From the NCBI GenBank assembly GCA_003707115.1, contig PPNB01000027.1, positions 62,001 to 99,907 of the forward strand: a DNA stretch of 37,907 bases. The letters run 5' to 3'. The notes under the pieces were generated by a model that saw only the letters and a program-made list of their open reading frames with translations, was not told where the DNA came from and did not search any database. Of this stretch, positions 27,851-37,907 are shown piece by piece. Every line of letters begins with the position of its first letter. The stretch's first letter is position 1. The position numbers were made by a program, and so were the translations under genes. Source of the stretch: Tortispora ganteri. Taxonomy: Eukaryota.

Positions 27851-29104
27851 ATGAAACTTTTTCGACCAACACACATTGGTAGATTTATTTCTAAAATGGC
27901 TACCTCCCCGATTTCTACCGCCGCTGCTACCGATGCTGCTGTTAGTTTACTGACAAAAGCCTTTGATGTTAAACTGAATATCAGTAATTCTGAGTCTCCT
28001 GTACCTGCAGACCTGCTGCAGAGCTCCGGTACTGGTGCGAATACAACTCTTCTCAACCTGGCCACCCAGGACGCTATTAAGTCCAAGCTTCCGGCTCTGA
28101 ATGACGGCCAGAATGCCGAACAGGCACAATGGCTCACTTTGTCTGCCAGATCTTCTATTCCCCTTGATGAGCTTAACACTACTCTGTCTACCCGGACATA
28201 CATTCTCAACACGGCCACTCCCAGCTTGGCGGATATTACTCTCTATGCCAGGCTCAAAGATCTTGTCGAGGCATGGACTACTGAGGACTTTAAGTCCCAT
28301 AGACATATTGCTAGATGGTTCGATTTGGTACAACACTTCGCTCCACTTAAAGTGTCGGAATTTGTTGCGATCGATCAAACCTTAGACGTCCCCAGAGAAG
28401 TCAAAGTCAAAAAAGGCGCCGAAGACAAGGGCAAAGCAGACAAGAAAGAAAAGAAGGACAAATCAGGTTCTAAAAAGGACGAATCGGTTCCTGCTGCAGC
28501 TAAAGGCGAGACCACGCCTGCCGCCCAGAAAAATAAGAAAGAAAAGAAAGAGAAGGCAGCTAAGGCTCCTCCACCACCTCCCGCTAAGATCACCCCGACA
28601 ATGATTGATTTGCGTGTGGGACATATCGAGAAAGCTGTCAAACACCCAGATGCAGACTCACTCTACGTCTCTACGATTAACTGTGGCGATCCAGAGGGCC
28701 CTAGAACTGTGTGCTCCGGCCTAGTGAAATATGTTCCTCTCGAGGATATGCAAAACCGCATGGTTGTTGTTGTTGCCAATTTAAAACCTGTTAGTATGCG
28801 AGGCATCAAGTCTGCAGCAATGGTTTTATGCGCTTCTGATGAAGAACATGGCAAAGTAGAGTTTACTATTCCTCCTGAGGGGTCTAAGGCTGGCGACAGA
28901 TTGTACTTTGCTGGATACGAGGGTGAGCCTGAACCAGTTCTGAACCCTAAGAAGAAGATCTGGGAGACTGTTCAGCCCGGGTTTACGACATTGGACGATC
29001 TGAGTGTTGTGTTCAAGGATGAAGAAGGTAAGGTGTGTCCCTTACAAACTGCTGATGGAAAAGTCGTTAAAGCGCAAACTCTTGTTAGCGCAACTGTGCG
29101 ATAA
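27851..29104 (+). CDS. ARC1: tRNA-binding aminoacyl-tRNA synthetase cofactor Arc1 (GST-like + Lys-rich linker + EMAPII OB fold); second in-frame ATG at 27896
   Basis: RHIARWFDLVQ, IDLRVGHIEKAVKHPDADSLYVSTI, PRTVCSGLVKY, NLKPVSMRGIKSAAMVLCAS and LNPKKKIWETVQP. Confidence 0.95.
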   Translation: MKLFRPTHIGRFISKMATSPISTAAATDAAVSLLTKAFDVKLNISNSESPVPADLLQSSGTGANTTLLNLATQDAIKSKLPALNDGQNAEQAQWLTLSARSSIPLDELNTTLSTRTYILNTATPSLADITLYARLKDLVEAWTTEDFKSHRHIARWFDLVQHFAPLKVSEFVAIDQTLDVPREVKVKKGAEDKGKADKKEKKDKSGSKKDESVPAAAKGETTPAAQKNKKEKKEKAAKAPPPPPAKITPTMIDLRVGHIEKAVKHPDADSLYVSTINCGDPEGPRTVCSGLVKYVPLEDMQNRMVVVVANLKPVSMRGIKSAAMVLCASDEEHGKVEFTIPPEGSKAGDRLYFAGYEGEPEPVLNPKKKIWETVQPGFTTLDDLSVVFKDEEGKVCPLQTADGKVVKAQTLVSATVR

Positions 29105-29595
29105 AAACTGGCCTTACCATACCTTCCAATCGCTCCCCACTTGCGACACTAGCTACTTCATCACACCACTACCGTTTCTGATACTCTAACTACTCACTGT
29201 AGTATATTTAATAGCGTTTTATCGAATTGACTGGGTATATTTTTCAATATATCATATTAAAACTAGCAAGGCCCTTGTTTGTGCCAGTCTGAAAGAGTAA
29301 TATACAGGGTCCAGGGTCAATTTGAGTTTTCCAGATAATTCATGAGGCTAACACGTACTATATTTTTTGCAAGTCTGATATTTCCGACCTGTTACTTCTC
29401 TTCAAACTAATACAATAATCTTCTTTCCTGTTGCAATATTGTCATTCTATTGGCTGTGAAAGGATTTGTGTATTTGTATTTATCTTGGAACGACTGTTAC
29501 GTTGCGTGGCGACACTGCAAAAGCGGCGTTCCTTTTGCGGCGGCTCATTTGTACATACTGCTCTACGAAGCTCTTTGGCTTGCCCTACAGCATCA

Positions 29596-30432
29596 ATGAG
29601 TTTTGAAGAATCACATTTACCCGTGACACCGACATGGGCAAGAGAATTTGAAAGTTTATGTGAACCATCACAGACGTTTACACTCTCTACAGTATGCAAT
29701 GGTGTACCACATGGTCGGACGTGTGTCTTTCGCGGTTGGCTCTTTGATGATCGACGTAGCGGCGTGCTTGTTATCACAACTGATGCCCGATCTGACAAAA
29801 TGAAGGATCTAGGATTGGATTCTTATCGAAAATATGCTATAAAAAATTCCTCTTCTCCTGAACCTTCCCCTTCAATGAACCCTTCTCCTTTTCCTTCTGT
29901 TATATCAAACTACAAGGCCTCCCCTTCTCAGTCCGGCATCGAAATCGCTAACGTCTCCGATGATAATAATGACGACGAAAATAACAGCAACACAAGTGTA
30001 ACTGTGTCGCGCTCGCCTTTCGAAGCGGTTTTCTATTTTCCCAAACCGAAGAAGCAACTAAGATTATCTGGCCAAATCATTCCGCTCTCTCTCGCCCTCC
30101 CAAAACCTACTGATTACTTCATACAGCCCCCTCCAGGAAGAACATGGAATGACGAAGTGATACGTGTGTGGAACTCGCTTTCTGATGAAATGAGAGTGTC
30201 ATTTCACGGCCCTCCTCCAGGTCAACCCTTATCTACGCAACATGAGAAGCTGCTCGACGCCATGAGTAGAGGCGTTGACGGAAACGACCCGTCTACGGGT
30301 CTTGCTAATTTTGTCGTCCTTCTTCTCCACGTTGATAAAGTTGATTATGTTCAACTTAAGCAGCCAATCAAGAGGACAATTATCACTCGCGTCTCGGAAG
30401 ATGAATGGAATATGCAAAACGTTTGCCCTTGA
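29596..30432 (+). CDS. Pyridoxamine 5'-phosphate oxidase-like FMN-binding protein (YGR017W-type)
   Basis: First ATG 29596; FTLSTV..PHGRTCVFRGWLF, TTDARSDK, FEAVFYFP..KQLRLSG and NFVVLLLHVDKVDYV. Confidence 0.8.
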   Translation: MSFEESHLPVTPTWAREFESLCEPSQTFTLSTVCNGVPHGRTCVFRGWLFDDRRSGVLVITTDARSDKMKDLGLDSYRKYAIKNSSSPEPSPSMNPSPFPSVISNYKASPSQSGIEIANVSDDNNDDENNSNTSVTVSRSPFEAVFYFPKPKKQLRLSGQIIPLSLALPKPTDYFIQPPPGRTWNDEVIRVWNSLSDEMRVSFHGPPPGQPLSTQHEKLLDAMSRGVDGNDPSTGLANFVVLLLHVDKVDYVQLKQPIKRTIITRVSEDEWNMQNVCP

Positions 30433-30552
30433 GCACCATGTTCTTTGCTGGGTTTACTTAAGTTGGCCACGATGACAATAATTTAAAATGTTCATCCATT
30501 CATATAGCACTCTCTATCATAAGCATCTAGTTGTCATAATATGATTAGCTAA

Positions 30553-33500
30553 TTATTCATTAGACTTATCACCGCTATTTTGCAATTCTTGTCGCAAAGT
30601 AGGCATAAACGCCTCTAGCTTGGTCCAAGTTTGCTTCCATAGCGCGCTTGATTCGTCTACAGACTCGCTTTCATTTATGCTCAGATAACCGGCATTAATT
30701 AGTACGAAGCAAGTATTCTTCAGCGTTTCTTTGATAGACTCCTCAAGCAAATCCTGTTGATTGTCACTAATGAGTTGGGCCATCAGCTCTAACATCTTCA
30801 GCCATATACTAGCTGCTTCTGCATCAGGTTGCCGCGTAGTCACATACTGTAAAAATGTCCTAGAAAGTAAAGAGGCAGCAGTAGTGCGGCTTTCTCCAAT
30901 CTCGCTGCGATCTAATTTGACCTCAGCTGGGTCTATAAAGTTTTGAACCATAGGAAATAGCAGTTCCTCAAATATAGCACTCCAATCCATATCATCAACA
31001 ATTTGAACATCAGAAACTCGTGCAGGAGATACAAGCAGCAGTTTGAGACAGTTTAGTGCACCCAGTCGTATTTCCCTGCAAGGGCTCGCACTCTGTCTCA
31101 TAAGTATTTTAGAAACATACATAAAGTAAGTATTCCAAAGATATCTTAATGACAAAGCGCCATCTTTCCTATTTTCCTCCAATAATGACGCCCTCTGAGC
31201 AAGAACGCCAAGGAGTTCAGTAGCTTGAACACAAACTCGAATGGACGAGTTATCTCCTCCATTGGTATCGCTGCTTTTCGCTGAACTAGGCGAAGACGAA
31301 CGATCAATGATGGGTCGACGCTCCATGCTAAGTGGAATTCTTCGCGATGGAATTGGCGTTAGCGTTCCGTTAACAGGCGTAACATAATCCGCAAAGTGTC
31401 CAAGTACGTCAGCTATATGTGTGAAATTCGTCTGAGTCAAAACCATAGAGTCAGCAGTGTTTAGTTCGGACGTTAGAAATTGCAAGATTGATTTCCGACA
31501 TCCTCTATCTGATGTCATAGAAAATATGATTCCCCACAAATTTTTATCATCTCGTACAAATTTCACAAACTCTGGCGAAAAATCTGTGGTAGAGAATAAG
31601 GATAAAATCGCTTTCATTGATTCTTCATACGATCTGTTGGTAGTTCCAGGGATAACTGAAATCAATGTTGCAGTCATTTCTTGCTCTAGTTCCACTCTTT
31701 GAGTTTCTTTCATTAAACGAAGAAAGACAATCATTCCCACAATGCAACGACTAAACAGGCTTTTGCCCAAATCTGAGTTATCAGATGAAAACAACAAAAA
31801 TGATTTCATTAGTTTATGGTAGGTCTCTTCCGGTAATTCTCCAGTAAATCTCCAAACCACATTAACAATCAAATCGATCAGGAATGACAATACGGGAATG
31901 TAAATTCTTTCCACAAATTCAGTTTTAGCCTTTATTGGAGGAGCTTCCAAATTAACGGTAGTAATAATAGAAGAAGAATCAGGACCAGTTTCACTAGGCT
32001 TATCTGAACGGGAGATGGTACACATTCTCCAAATGCGTAATGCTTCCTTGAGGATTCCATCAAGTAGAGAAGAAACCCTTTTAGGTTCTTTAAGGTCGCA
32101 CAGTATCGCAAATACTTCAGTCATATTGCAAGAGCTGATACAATCAAGAGAAACCAGAGTACTTTCAACTTCTTCTTCTGTAGGCTCAGGTTCATCAGCT
32201 ACTGCACTGGAAAGGTAAGAAGACAAAGCAGAAAACAAGCCACCTTTATTGGATGATCTTCGGTCAATAACAAATTGAGGGCTCGGTTTCATCATAGGGG
32301 AGAGACCGTAAGTTTCTTGTACAGTGGTTGGTGCATCACACGGAAGAAATGAGTTGGCATAAAGAACGGAAAGAATTCTGATAATTCGATACCAGCTTTT
32401 ATTAATAGCCCCACTATGATGTTGTAATATGTGAAAGATAATGTATAACGAAGTTTGCATTCGAGGGTTGCGTCCCAAAGTGATTGAAACATCCGATACA
32501 GTGAGCTTGCTGCCATCTTGAGCAATGATGGTGACGTTATGCTGAGGTTCAAAGCGTTCATCGCCACCTAATGCCGACAACTTAGAAATGGCAGTAATGA
32601 TAGAGTCGCAAATTTCAGGTGTATTGTATGCTTGCGATAATTCACAAAGTAAATCAAATCCTCCCATAATGCGTTCAAAAACAGATTTCTCTGTAGCAGA
32701 AGCAAACACGGATACCATAGCAGTTATTACTGGTTTGCTGAACTTTAAGAACGTAAATTTGTCAAAAGTGGCATCTTCAGGGGAAAGACTGATGAAAGGA
32801 ATGATCGACTCAGATTTAGAAGCACTTACAAGTTCGCTCCATATGAATTCAAACCCAGCATCCGAACTGCGCTCTTCTGGCATAATAATCTCGTCATTTT
32901 TGATAGTGTGATAGATTTCTTCCAAAAATTCAGGTTCAAAATTTTCACCGTTATTCATGCCTCTTAAATTGGATTTGAATTGCTCTTTGGTCATTTTGTT
33001 TTTAATCTGAGGGTTATGCTGATCAGTGTTAAGAATTACAACTGCAAAACTTAATACTCCTGCTGCATCAGGGTTTGCAATCATTCCGTCGCCTTTAGAA
33101 GAGACATAGTAATGCTTAGCAAATGAGTCAACGATTCTATCAATCTGTTGAGCTTCTCCAGGTAGCCTAAAGCTGCTTAAAAACCAGCGTAATGCTTCAT
33201 CGATTCTCAGACCGTTAAAATCGAAATCCGCTACAAATGCATCAAGTATACTTTCATTCCCAGGTTGGGCAATAAACTCACCCAATTTCTTCTTATTGAG
33301 TCCTGGTGTGGTTTTGAGCAATGAAACTAAGTGCGAATCTGTATAGTCTTCGGGAAGGAGCTCCATTTCAACGCAAAAGTTAATAGCAGCACTAGGTTTA
33401 GCATCAAATTGTGAAGCAAAAAGAAGTAATTGACGTTTCTTATTGTAACGTTTCTCAATTTCAGAATACAAATCAGAGGAAGGTGTAGCATCAAGTGAAG

Positions 33501-35085
33501 GAAGTCTCTTCATAAAGTAGACGATTTGAGTAAGTAGTGAATCAAGGCAAATAGGAGGGGTATTAGGTGTTGACCATTCAGCAGCATCAGGGAGGGTATT
33601 TCTGCAGAGTAATGATAGCAGATGGCTAAATAGATCATTTCGAGAAGGGTCTGAATCATAGTTTATCATCAATTGAGGAGCAGCTACCGGGTTCTGTAAA
33701 TAATAAGCAATAAACTCAATAATGGTCTCTTTGGCATCTGGCGGGCGAATATTTGTCTCCGTTCTTGGTGCAGGAGTGCCAGTCCGCGAAGAATTATCTT
33801 TTGATTTTGTAGAAGCCGAAGCAGAAACTGTTAAACCAATTTCCGCAAAGGCAGATAAGTCTATTTCTCTGGAATAGGGAATCGCAGCGTCTATATGAAC
33901 ACATGATATCAAGTATTCAAGCAATGCCTCCATCTGGAGTTTTAAATAAGTAGGTATAACTTCTATTAGGGTACCAAAGAGTTTGAGTGTAGCAGGCAGT
34001 AGAACTGGGGAGTTTGATTTTGTCAACTGGAATAAGTTCTTTGCTAACATGTTAGCGGCGATTTCGGCTATAGAAGAGTGCTTTGCAATATACTCGCCTC
34101 CAGAAGCAAGTGATGAGTTTAATACACGTAAAGACATTGCTCTTGCTTGGTCAGTGTGCTGAGGATTTCTAGTATCCACTATATCTGTCATTATAAGAAG
34201 AAATTTAACAACAGAAGGCAGTCTGTGAGGAGGTTCAAGAGTTTTTGAAGCGGTATCTAGACTGGTTAATGTGTCATCAGTGACCTCACTTGCTAGTTCG
34301 TGAGTGACATTAGCGTATGACTCGTCAGAGTTAGCGTTAGATTTTGGTTCATGCAATAGATTGTCATATTGATCGTTTTCTGCTGGATCGATATTCTGAA
34401 GAAGTGTAAACAGGTAGCGGCCGATTAAGGCGATTACTTGCTCGGCACTTCTCCGTAAGACTTCGCTGAGGCGCGTTTGGTAAGACAAGCTTATAGCTGT
34501 ATCTAATAAATCTAAAATGTTTTTATCTGAGAGATACTGGCATGAATCAGAATTGAGAAGCGCATCGATCAGATTAAGGACTTTTAGTAGTACGACTTCA
34601 TCTTGGGCCACGTCTGAGGCTTCAAAGCGGCATTGAGTTGCAGTAGTCGAGACTTCTTGTAATGCAATGGCATAATTAGGTAAATCTTTCGGGATAATAT
34701 CGTACAGAAGAAAATCCGTGACTGATCTCAAAGCGAGTGCAGTTATAGGGCCAGACGCGGCGGGCGAGATAATAATACAAAGAAAGGGGAAGAGGATATC
34801 TAAGCTGCCGACTGCTGACAGATTCTGAGCTTGGATTATCTTATTTTTTAGTACCGCAAAATTCGTCATTAGTGCTATAGTAGGTGTAGATGTTTGTTCG
34901 CGTATTCCTAATTTTCTAGGAAGCACAGCACGGTCGGTATCGTCAACATTAGATGAAAGAACGGCGCCGGCACCACATTGAGCCCATCTGGCATTTTTAC
35001 GCATTAAGGAAGTCACTGCTGTTATTTCTTGAAGAACATAATTTGAAGGATTAATTATAGCTGAAGACACACGTCCATTGACCAT
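30553..35085 (-). CDS. GEA2: Sec7-domain Arf GEF of the Gea1/Gea2 (GBF1) family
   Basis: ATG at 35085 (MVNGRV). DCB region MRKNARW...GPITALAL...CRFEASD, HUS-box INYDSD, Sec7 FRLPGEAQQIDRI and LNTDQHNPQIK. GEA1 and GEA2 cannot be distinguished. Confidence 0.92.
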   Translation of the reverse strand: MVNGRVSSAIINPSNYVLQEITAVTSLMRKNARWAQCGAGAVLSSNVDDTDRAVLPRKLGIREQTSTPTIALMTNFAVLKNKIIQAQNLSAVGSLDILFPFLCIIISPAASGPITALALRSVTDFLLYDIIPKDLPNYAIALQEVSTTATQCRFEASDVAQDEVVLLKVLNLIDALLNSDSCQYLSDKNILDLLDTAISLSYQTRLSEVLRRSAEQVIALIGRYLFTLLQNIDPAENDQYDNLLHEPKSNANSDESYANVTHELASEVTDDTLTSLDTASKTLEPPHRLPSVVKFLLIMTDIVDTRNPQHTDQARAMSLRVLNSSLASGGEYIAKHSSIAEIAANMLAKNLFQLTKSNSPVLLPATLKLFGTLIEVIPTYLKLQMEALLEYLISCVHIDAAIPYSREIDLSAFAEIGLTVSASASTKSKDNSSRTGTPAPRTETNIRPPDAKETIIEFIAYYLQNPVAAPQLMINYDSDPSRNDLFSHLLSLLCRNTLPDAAEWSTPNTPPICLDSLLTQIVYFMKRLPSLDATPSSDLYSEIEKRYNKKRQLLLFASQFDAKPSAAINFCVEMELLPEDYTDSHLVSLLKTTPGLNKKKLGEFIAQPGNESILDAFVADFDFNGLRIDEALRWFLSSFRLPGEAQQIDRIVDSFAKHYYVSSKGDGMIANPDAAGVLSFAVVILNTDQHNPQIKNKMTKEQFKSNLRGMNNGENFEPEFLEEIYHTIKNDEIIMPEERSSDAGFEFIWSELVSASKSESIIPFISLSPEDATFDKFTFLKFSKPVITAMVSVFASATEKSVFERIMGGFDLLCELSQAYNTPEICDSIITAISKLSALGGDERFEPQHNVTIIAQDGSKLTVSDVSITLGRNPRMQTSLYIIFHILQHHSGAINKSWYRIIRILSVLYANSFLPCDAPTTVQETYGLSPMMKPSPQFVIDRRSSNKGGLFSALSSYLSSAVADEPEPTEEEVESTLVSLDCISSCNMTEVFAILCDLKEPKRVSSLLDGILKEALRIWRMCTISRSDKPSETGPDSSSIITTVNLEAPPIKAKTEFVERIYIPVLSFLIDLIVNVVWRFTGELPEETYHKLMKSFLLFSSDNSDLGKSLFSRCIVGMIVFLRLMKETQRVELEQEMTATLISVIPGTTNRSYEESMKAILSLFSTTDFSPEFVKFVRDDKNLWGIIFSMTSDRGCRKSILQFLTSELNTADSMVLTQTNFTHIADVLGHFADYVTPVNGTLTPIPSRRIPLSMERRPIIDRSSSPSSAKSSDTNGGDNSSIRVCVQATELLGVLAQRASLLEENRKDGALSLRYLWNTYFMYVSKILMRQSASPCREIRLGALNCLKLLLVSPARVSDVQIVDDMDWSAIFEELLFPMVQNFIDPAEVKLDRSEIGESRTTAASLLSRTFLQYVTTRQPDAEAASIWLKMLELMAQLISDNQQDLLEESIKETLKNTCFVLINAGYLSINESESVDESSALWKQTWTKLEAFMPTLRQELQNSGDKSNE

Positions 35086-35241
35086 TTTTAGGAAGTTTAA
35101 AGGTATGTAAAGGCGAAACAATTGACCAATTGTAAACGCTTGTGAGTGTATGTGTGTGGTTGCGGTGTTTTGGAAACATTATCAAACTGAAGACATAACA
35201 GTTGAGGGTTAGGGTTGAAAATCACACCTTGATTCCAGTTT

Positions 35242-37907
35242 TTATATTGTAGATCGCTGAATCCATTCATTTTTCGCTTCTTCGACGAACGATTCATATG
35301 TAGATTCGTCACGCAAATACGATTCAATGGAATCTCGTAACGCCTTTGCAGCATTGAGTTCACCGCCAAAGGAATATTCATCTATGTGGGAAAGAGATCG
35401 AGATGACTGGTAAAGTTCATTGGTTAGTAGAACGATCTCTCCGTCGTTCAATATTTGAGCAATGCACTTGCCACTGGAATGAATATACTGCGGATATCTA
35501 AATGCAACATTTCCCCACGAATATTGAATATTGTAGTCGCCATTGGTATATGCGGAGGCCGCGTCCATGTCTAAAATAAACCTGAACTTGCGCAGTACGT
35601 ACCTTTCGTAGAAGATAGGATCGGGAACAACACCGTTAATAGCTTCCAGTACAGGGAACTCTCTTTGTCTAGGTAACCTCAATAGCGTGCGTAACGGATT
35701 CTGCTCAGCTTGTACAACAGCTTCGTGCATCGGCACTTCCACTAGTTTTAGCCCGTATCTCTCAGCCGTCCTTAACCAGCCGTTTCTGGCGTCGTCAATG
35801 AGCTTCATTGTAGTATTCAGCCATTCAAGTCTAATGCCGAAACAGTTGTCAGGATTATGCACTCTGTCATAATGTATAGTTACTTTCTCTGGTCGGTACG
35901 AAGCTCGGCCAGGATCAACATCAATCTCCATGCTTTTGCTTAATACAACATCTATCGGCTCACCAGTGTTAGAGTTCAGAGGATGCAAACTCCTGGAATC
36001 CGAGTCTCCTAAGGAACTTACCGAAGTATGTGTATGATATGCTTGTTCATTTTGTTGCACACTAGCATCCAATGACAAATATCCAGGCTCTGGGCCTGTC
36101 CCAAAAGTGTTCTGGGGAGTTTTAGCTTTACCTTCAGCAACTAGTCTAGGACTGCCGCTGTCACTGGTCGCACTATTGATACTAGCACTTTCAGGACGAC
36201 TTGAGGTCGTAGTTAAATGTGGAGAAGTAGTTTGAGAACCCGTGTTTGTTACTACCGGCTGGTTTTTCTTGAACCATTGACCAATTATGCGGCTTCCAGT
36301 ACTAAGTTGATTCATGGACATATATTCAGGATTCAATTGGTAGAAGTAATGTCCGTCTAGAAACGGGTGCCGCTTGTCAACGTGCACAAAAAGGCCATCA
36401 GACATTAATTGGTTTCCATATTCAACGGCCTCATCTGCGTTCTCAATATCAGCAAAGTTTTTGACTAACCAAACTGTAAGTTCCGTTCCAGTGAAGCAAG
36501 ATCTGTGGAGTTTCATATGCCACCTCCGGTCAATGAAACGAAGACCCTTTTCTCCCTGTAGATCTTTAGCTAAAACATCTAGTTTGATATTCTTATTGAG
36601 CTTTAAAGAATCAGCATTGAATATAGAGATCTTCTTCTTCGTTTTGGTATCGTTACTTCTTTGCGTCTCAATGTTATCCATATCCAGAATTTGACGAATC
36701 ATAGCCCTGCGATCACCTGTATAAAATCTCACTTCATTCTCAGGATTGGTTATCGTTTTGGACTCTTTCTGTTTCTTTTTCTCTTCGGGCTTCATAAACT
36801 TTGCTCGTAAAAGTATGCTAATGAGCTTTCGAACGCCTTCAAGTTGAATTTCTTCAGTGCTCATCTTATCCCAACCCTCGTTATATGAAAGATGCGGTGC
36901 TTCAGTCTCTGGGGTTCCATATAAGACAAATCTCGCGGTCCAATATCGGTACTTCTCGAGCCCATTAGAGTATCCGGCAAGCTGCTGATCCATTCGGTTC
37001 CAATTAAGACTTGAGCACAGCAGACCTTGGAATTCAGTAACTTTTTCTTCCATTCGCTGCCCAATATCAGATTGCATAGAGAAGGAATATCGCATTGGGT
37101 GGTTAAGCAATTCATCCATATTCCGTTTTCTGTAAACTTGCACAGAAACATTATTTCCCTGATCATAAGATATTCGGTGAACTTGGCTCCCTGCAAAAAG
37201 ATATACACGCACGTTAGTGCTATCTTTAGACACATATGACGTTATTGAGCTAGGATCACCGTCCATTTTCCGGCTAGATTCAATTTGACGCACTGTAGAC
37301 CCGGTAGATATCTGGAATCCATATCTTAAACGCATGCCAACCATTTCACGAATAAGCATAGTAGTGGTCATTTCTTCAGCAAGATCAGGTTCAATAGACA
37401 GATCGTATACCTGGACAGTAAAATTGTAATTCAATTGGGGTTCGGTCGGGAACATATTGACGTTAAGCGGAAGTAAGGCAGGGTGAAGCAATGAGGTCCA
37501 TTTAATCGCACGCTTACCTCGAGTACGACCTTCTGCATATATGTGTTCCCAGCGTCCTTGTTGAGAGCGTCTATATATCTGTTTGCTCGCCCGAGATATA
37601 TTAGGAATGACAGTCCAGAGAGGGTTGTCCATTACAGATTTTAGCTTTTCATTTCTCAACTCCAGTGATCTAGATAGTAAATTCGTAGAAGATTGAACAC
37701 GACTCACACCTCCGCGAATTTTTCTATGATTACTCGAAGGAACAGATACAGGAGCCCTCAAGGAAGTTTCCGACCTGAAACTTTTTGATTTTTTAGAGTT
37801 AGGACTTCTACTAAGATCCATGGTGGTCTGTAAATCTTGTCCCTGAGAACTTGGAGTATATGATTTTGTAGGAATGGCGCGTTCATGCGAGATATTCTCA
37901 TCTAAAT
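35242..37907 (-). CDS. IML1: Iml1/DEPDC5 (SEACIT/GATOR1 subunit), 3' part; continues past the right edge
   Basis: The frame is open to the window end. KWTSLLHPALLPL, NWNRMDQQLAG, DEP domain DRRWH...CFTGTELTVWL...HPFLDGHYFY, HYDRVHNPDNCFGIRLEW and QYIHSSG. Confidence 0.93.
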   Translation of the reverse strand, partial: LDENISHERAIPTKSYTPSSQGQDLQTTMDLSRSPNSKKSKSFRSETSLRAPVSVPSSNHRKIRGGVSRVQSSTNLLSRSLELRNEKLKSVMDNPLWTVIPNISRASKQIYRRSQQGRWEHIYAEGRTRGKRAIKWTSLLHPALLPLNVNMFPTEPQLNYNFTVQVYDLSIEPDLAEEMTTTMLIREMVGMRLRYGFQISTGSTVRQIESSRKMDGDPSSITSYVSKDSTNVRVYLFAGSQVHRISYDQGNNVSVQVYRKRNMDELLNHPMRYSFSMQSDIGQRMEEKVTEFQGLLCSSLNWNRMDQQLAGYSNGLEKYRYWTARFVLYGTPETEAPHLSYNEGWDKMSTEEIQLEGVRKLISILLRAKFMKPEEKKKQKESKTITNPENEVRFYTGDRRAMIRQILDMDNIETQRSNDTKTKKKISIFNADSLKLNKNIKLDVLAKDLQGEKGLRFIDRRWHMKLHRSCFTGTELTVWLVKNFADIENADEAVEYGNQLMSDGLFVHVDKRHPFLDGHYFYQLNPEYMSMNQLSTGSRIIGQWFKKNQPVVTNTGSQTTSPHLTTTSSRPESASINSATSDSGSPRLVAEGKAKTPQNTFGTGPEPGYLSLDASVQQNEQAYHTHTSVSSLGDSDSRSLHPLNSNTGEPIDVVLSKSMEIDVDPGRASYRPEKVTIHYDRVHNPDNCFGIRLEWLNTTMKLIDDARNGWLRTAERYGLKLVEVPMHEAVVQAEQNPLRTLLRLPRQREFPVLEAINGVVPDPIFYERYVLRKFRFILDMDAASAYTNGDYNIQYSWGNVAFRYPQYIHSSGKCIAQILNDGEIVLLTNELYQSSRSLSHIDEYSFGGELNAAKALRDSIESYLRDESTYESFVEEAKNEWIQRSTI

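Noticed and set aside
27787..28854. Several long antisense ORFs over ARC1 (similar ones over MCM6, LOS1, ESP1, GEA and IML1)
   Set aside because: Typical stop-poor antisense frames caused by codon bias in real genes; no independent coding signal.
28900..28980. Alternative yeast genetic code (CUG-Ser or CUG-Ala)
   Set aside because: CTG encodes conserved Leu in ARC1 (VLNPKKK) and XKS1 (EDLPKY), consistent with the standard code.
35086..35121. ORF-track N-terminal extension of GEA (MFRLYIPLNFLK), and similar TTG-start extensions of NNF1 and EGT1
   Set aside because: Non-ATG starts chosen by the ORF caller; nearby ATGs fit the expected protein starts.

Overview
Gene-dense, intron-poor fungal nuclear DNA, most consistent with an early-diverging budding yeast (Saccharomycotina). 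Supporting this: GTAAGT/RCTAAC introns with short branchpoint-to-AG spacing, CTG at conserved Leu positions (standard code), and the MLC2-RPO26-PZF1 order seen in S. cerevisiae. About 21 protein genes: XKS1 (runs off the left edge, missed by the ORF track), SPC1, LOS1 (1 intron), NNF1, a GH18 chitinase, an AFI1/MesA-like gene (1 intron), a repeat-rich orphan, separase ESP1, a cytochrome P450, an RRG8-like gene, MLC2, RPO26, a 10-finger TFIIIA, an omega-class GST/ECM4, ergothioneine synthase EGT1, MCM6, YSF3 (2 introns, missed by the ORF track), ARC1, a PNPOx-like FMN protein, GEA/GBF1 and IML1 (runs off the right edge). No tRNA, rRNA, CRISPR or transposase was recognised. Best leads: (1) two co-directional gene pairs separated by only 8 nt and 5 nt, with ATG-depleted upstream ORFs, suggesting bicistronic mRNAs read by leaky scanning or reinitiation; (2) an in-frame, stop-free, weak-signal intron in the omega-GST gene that encodes a full PTS2 peroxisomal signal; (3) an orphan with an ungapped 75-aa duplication and a (KCKPR)n tail; (4) an intact EGT1 in a yeast-like genome. 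All family calls come from recalled motifs, not database searches.
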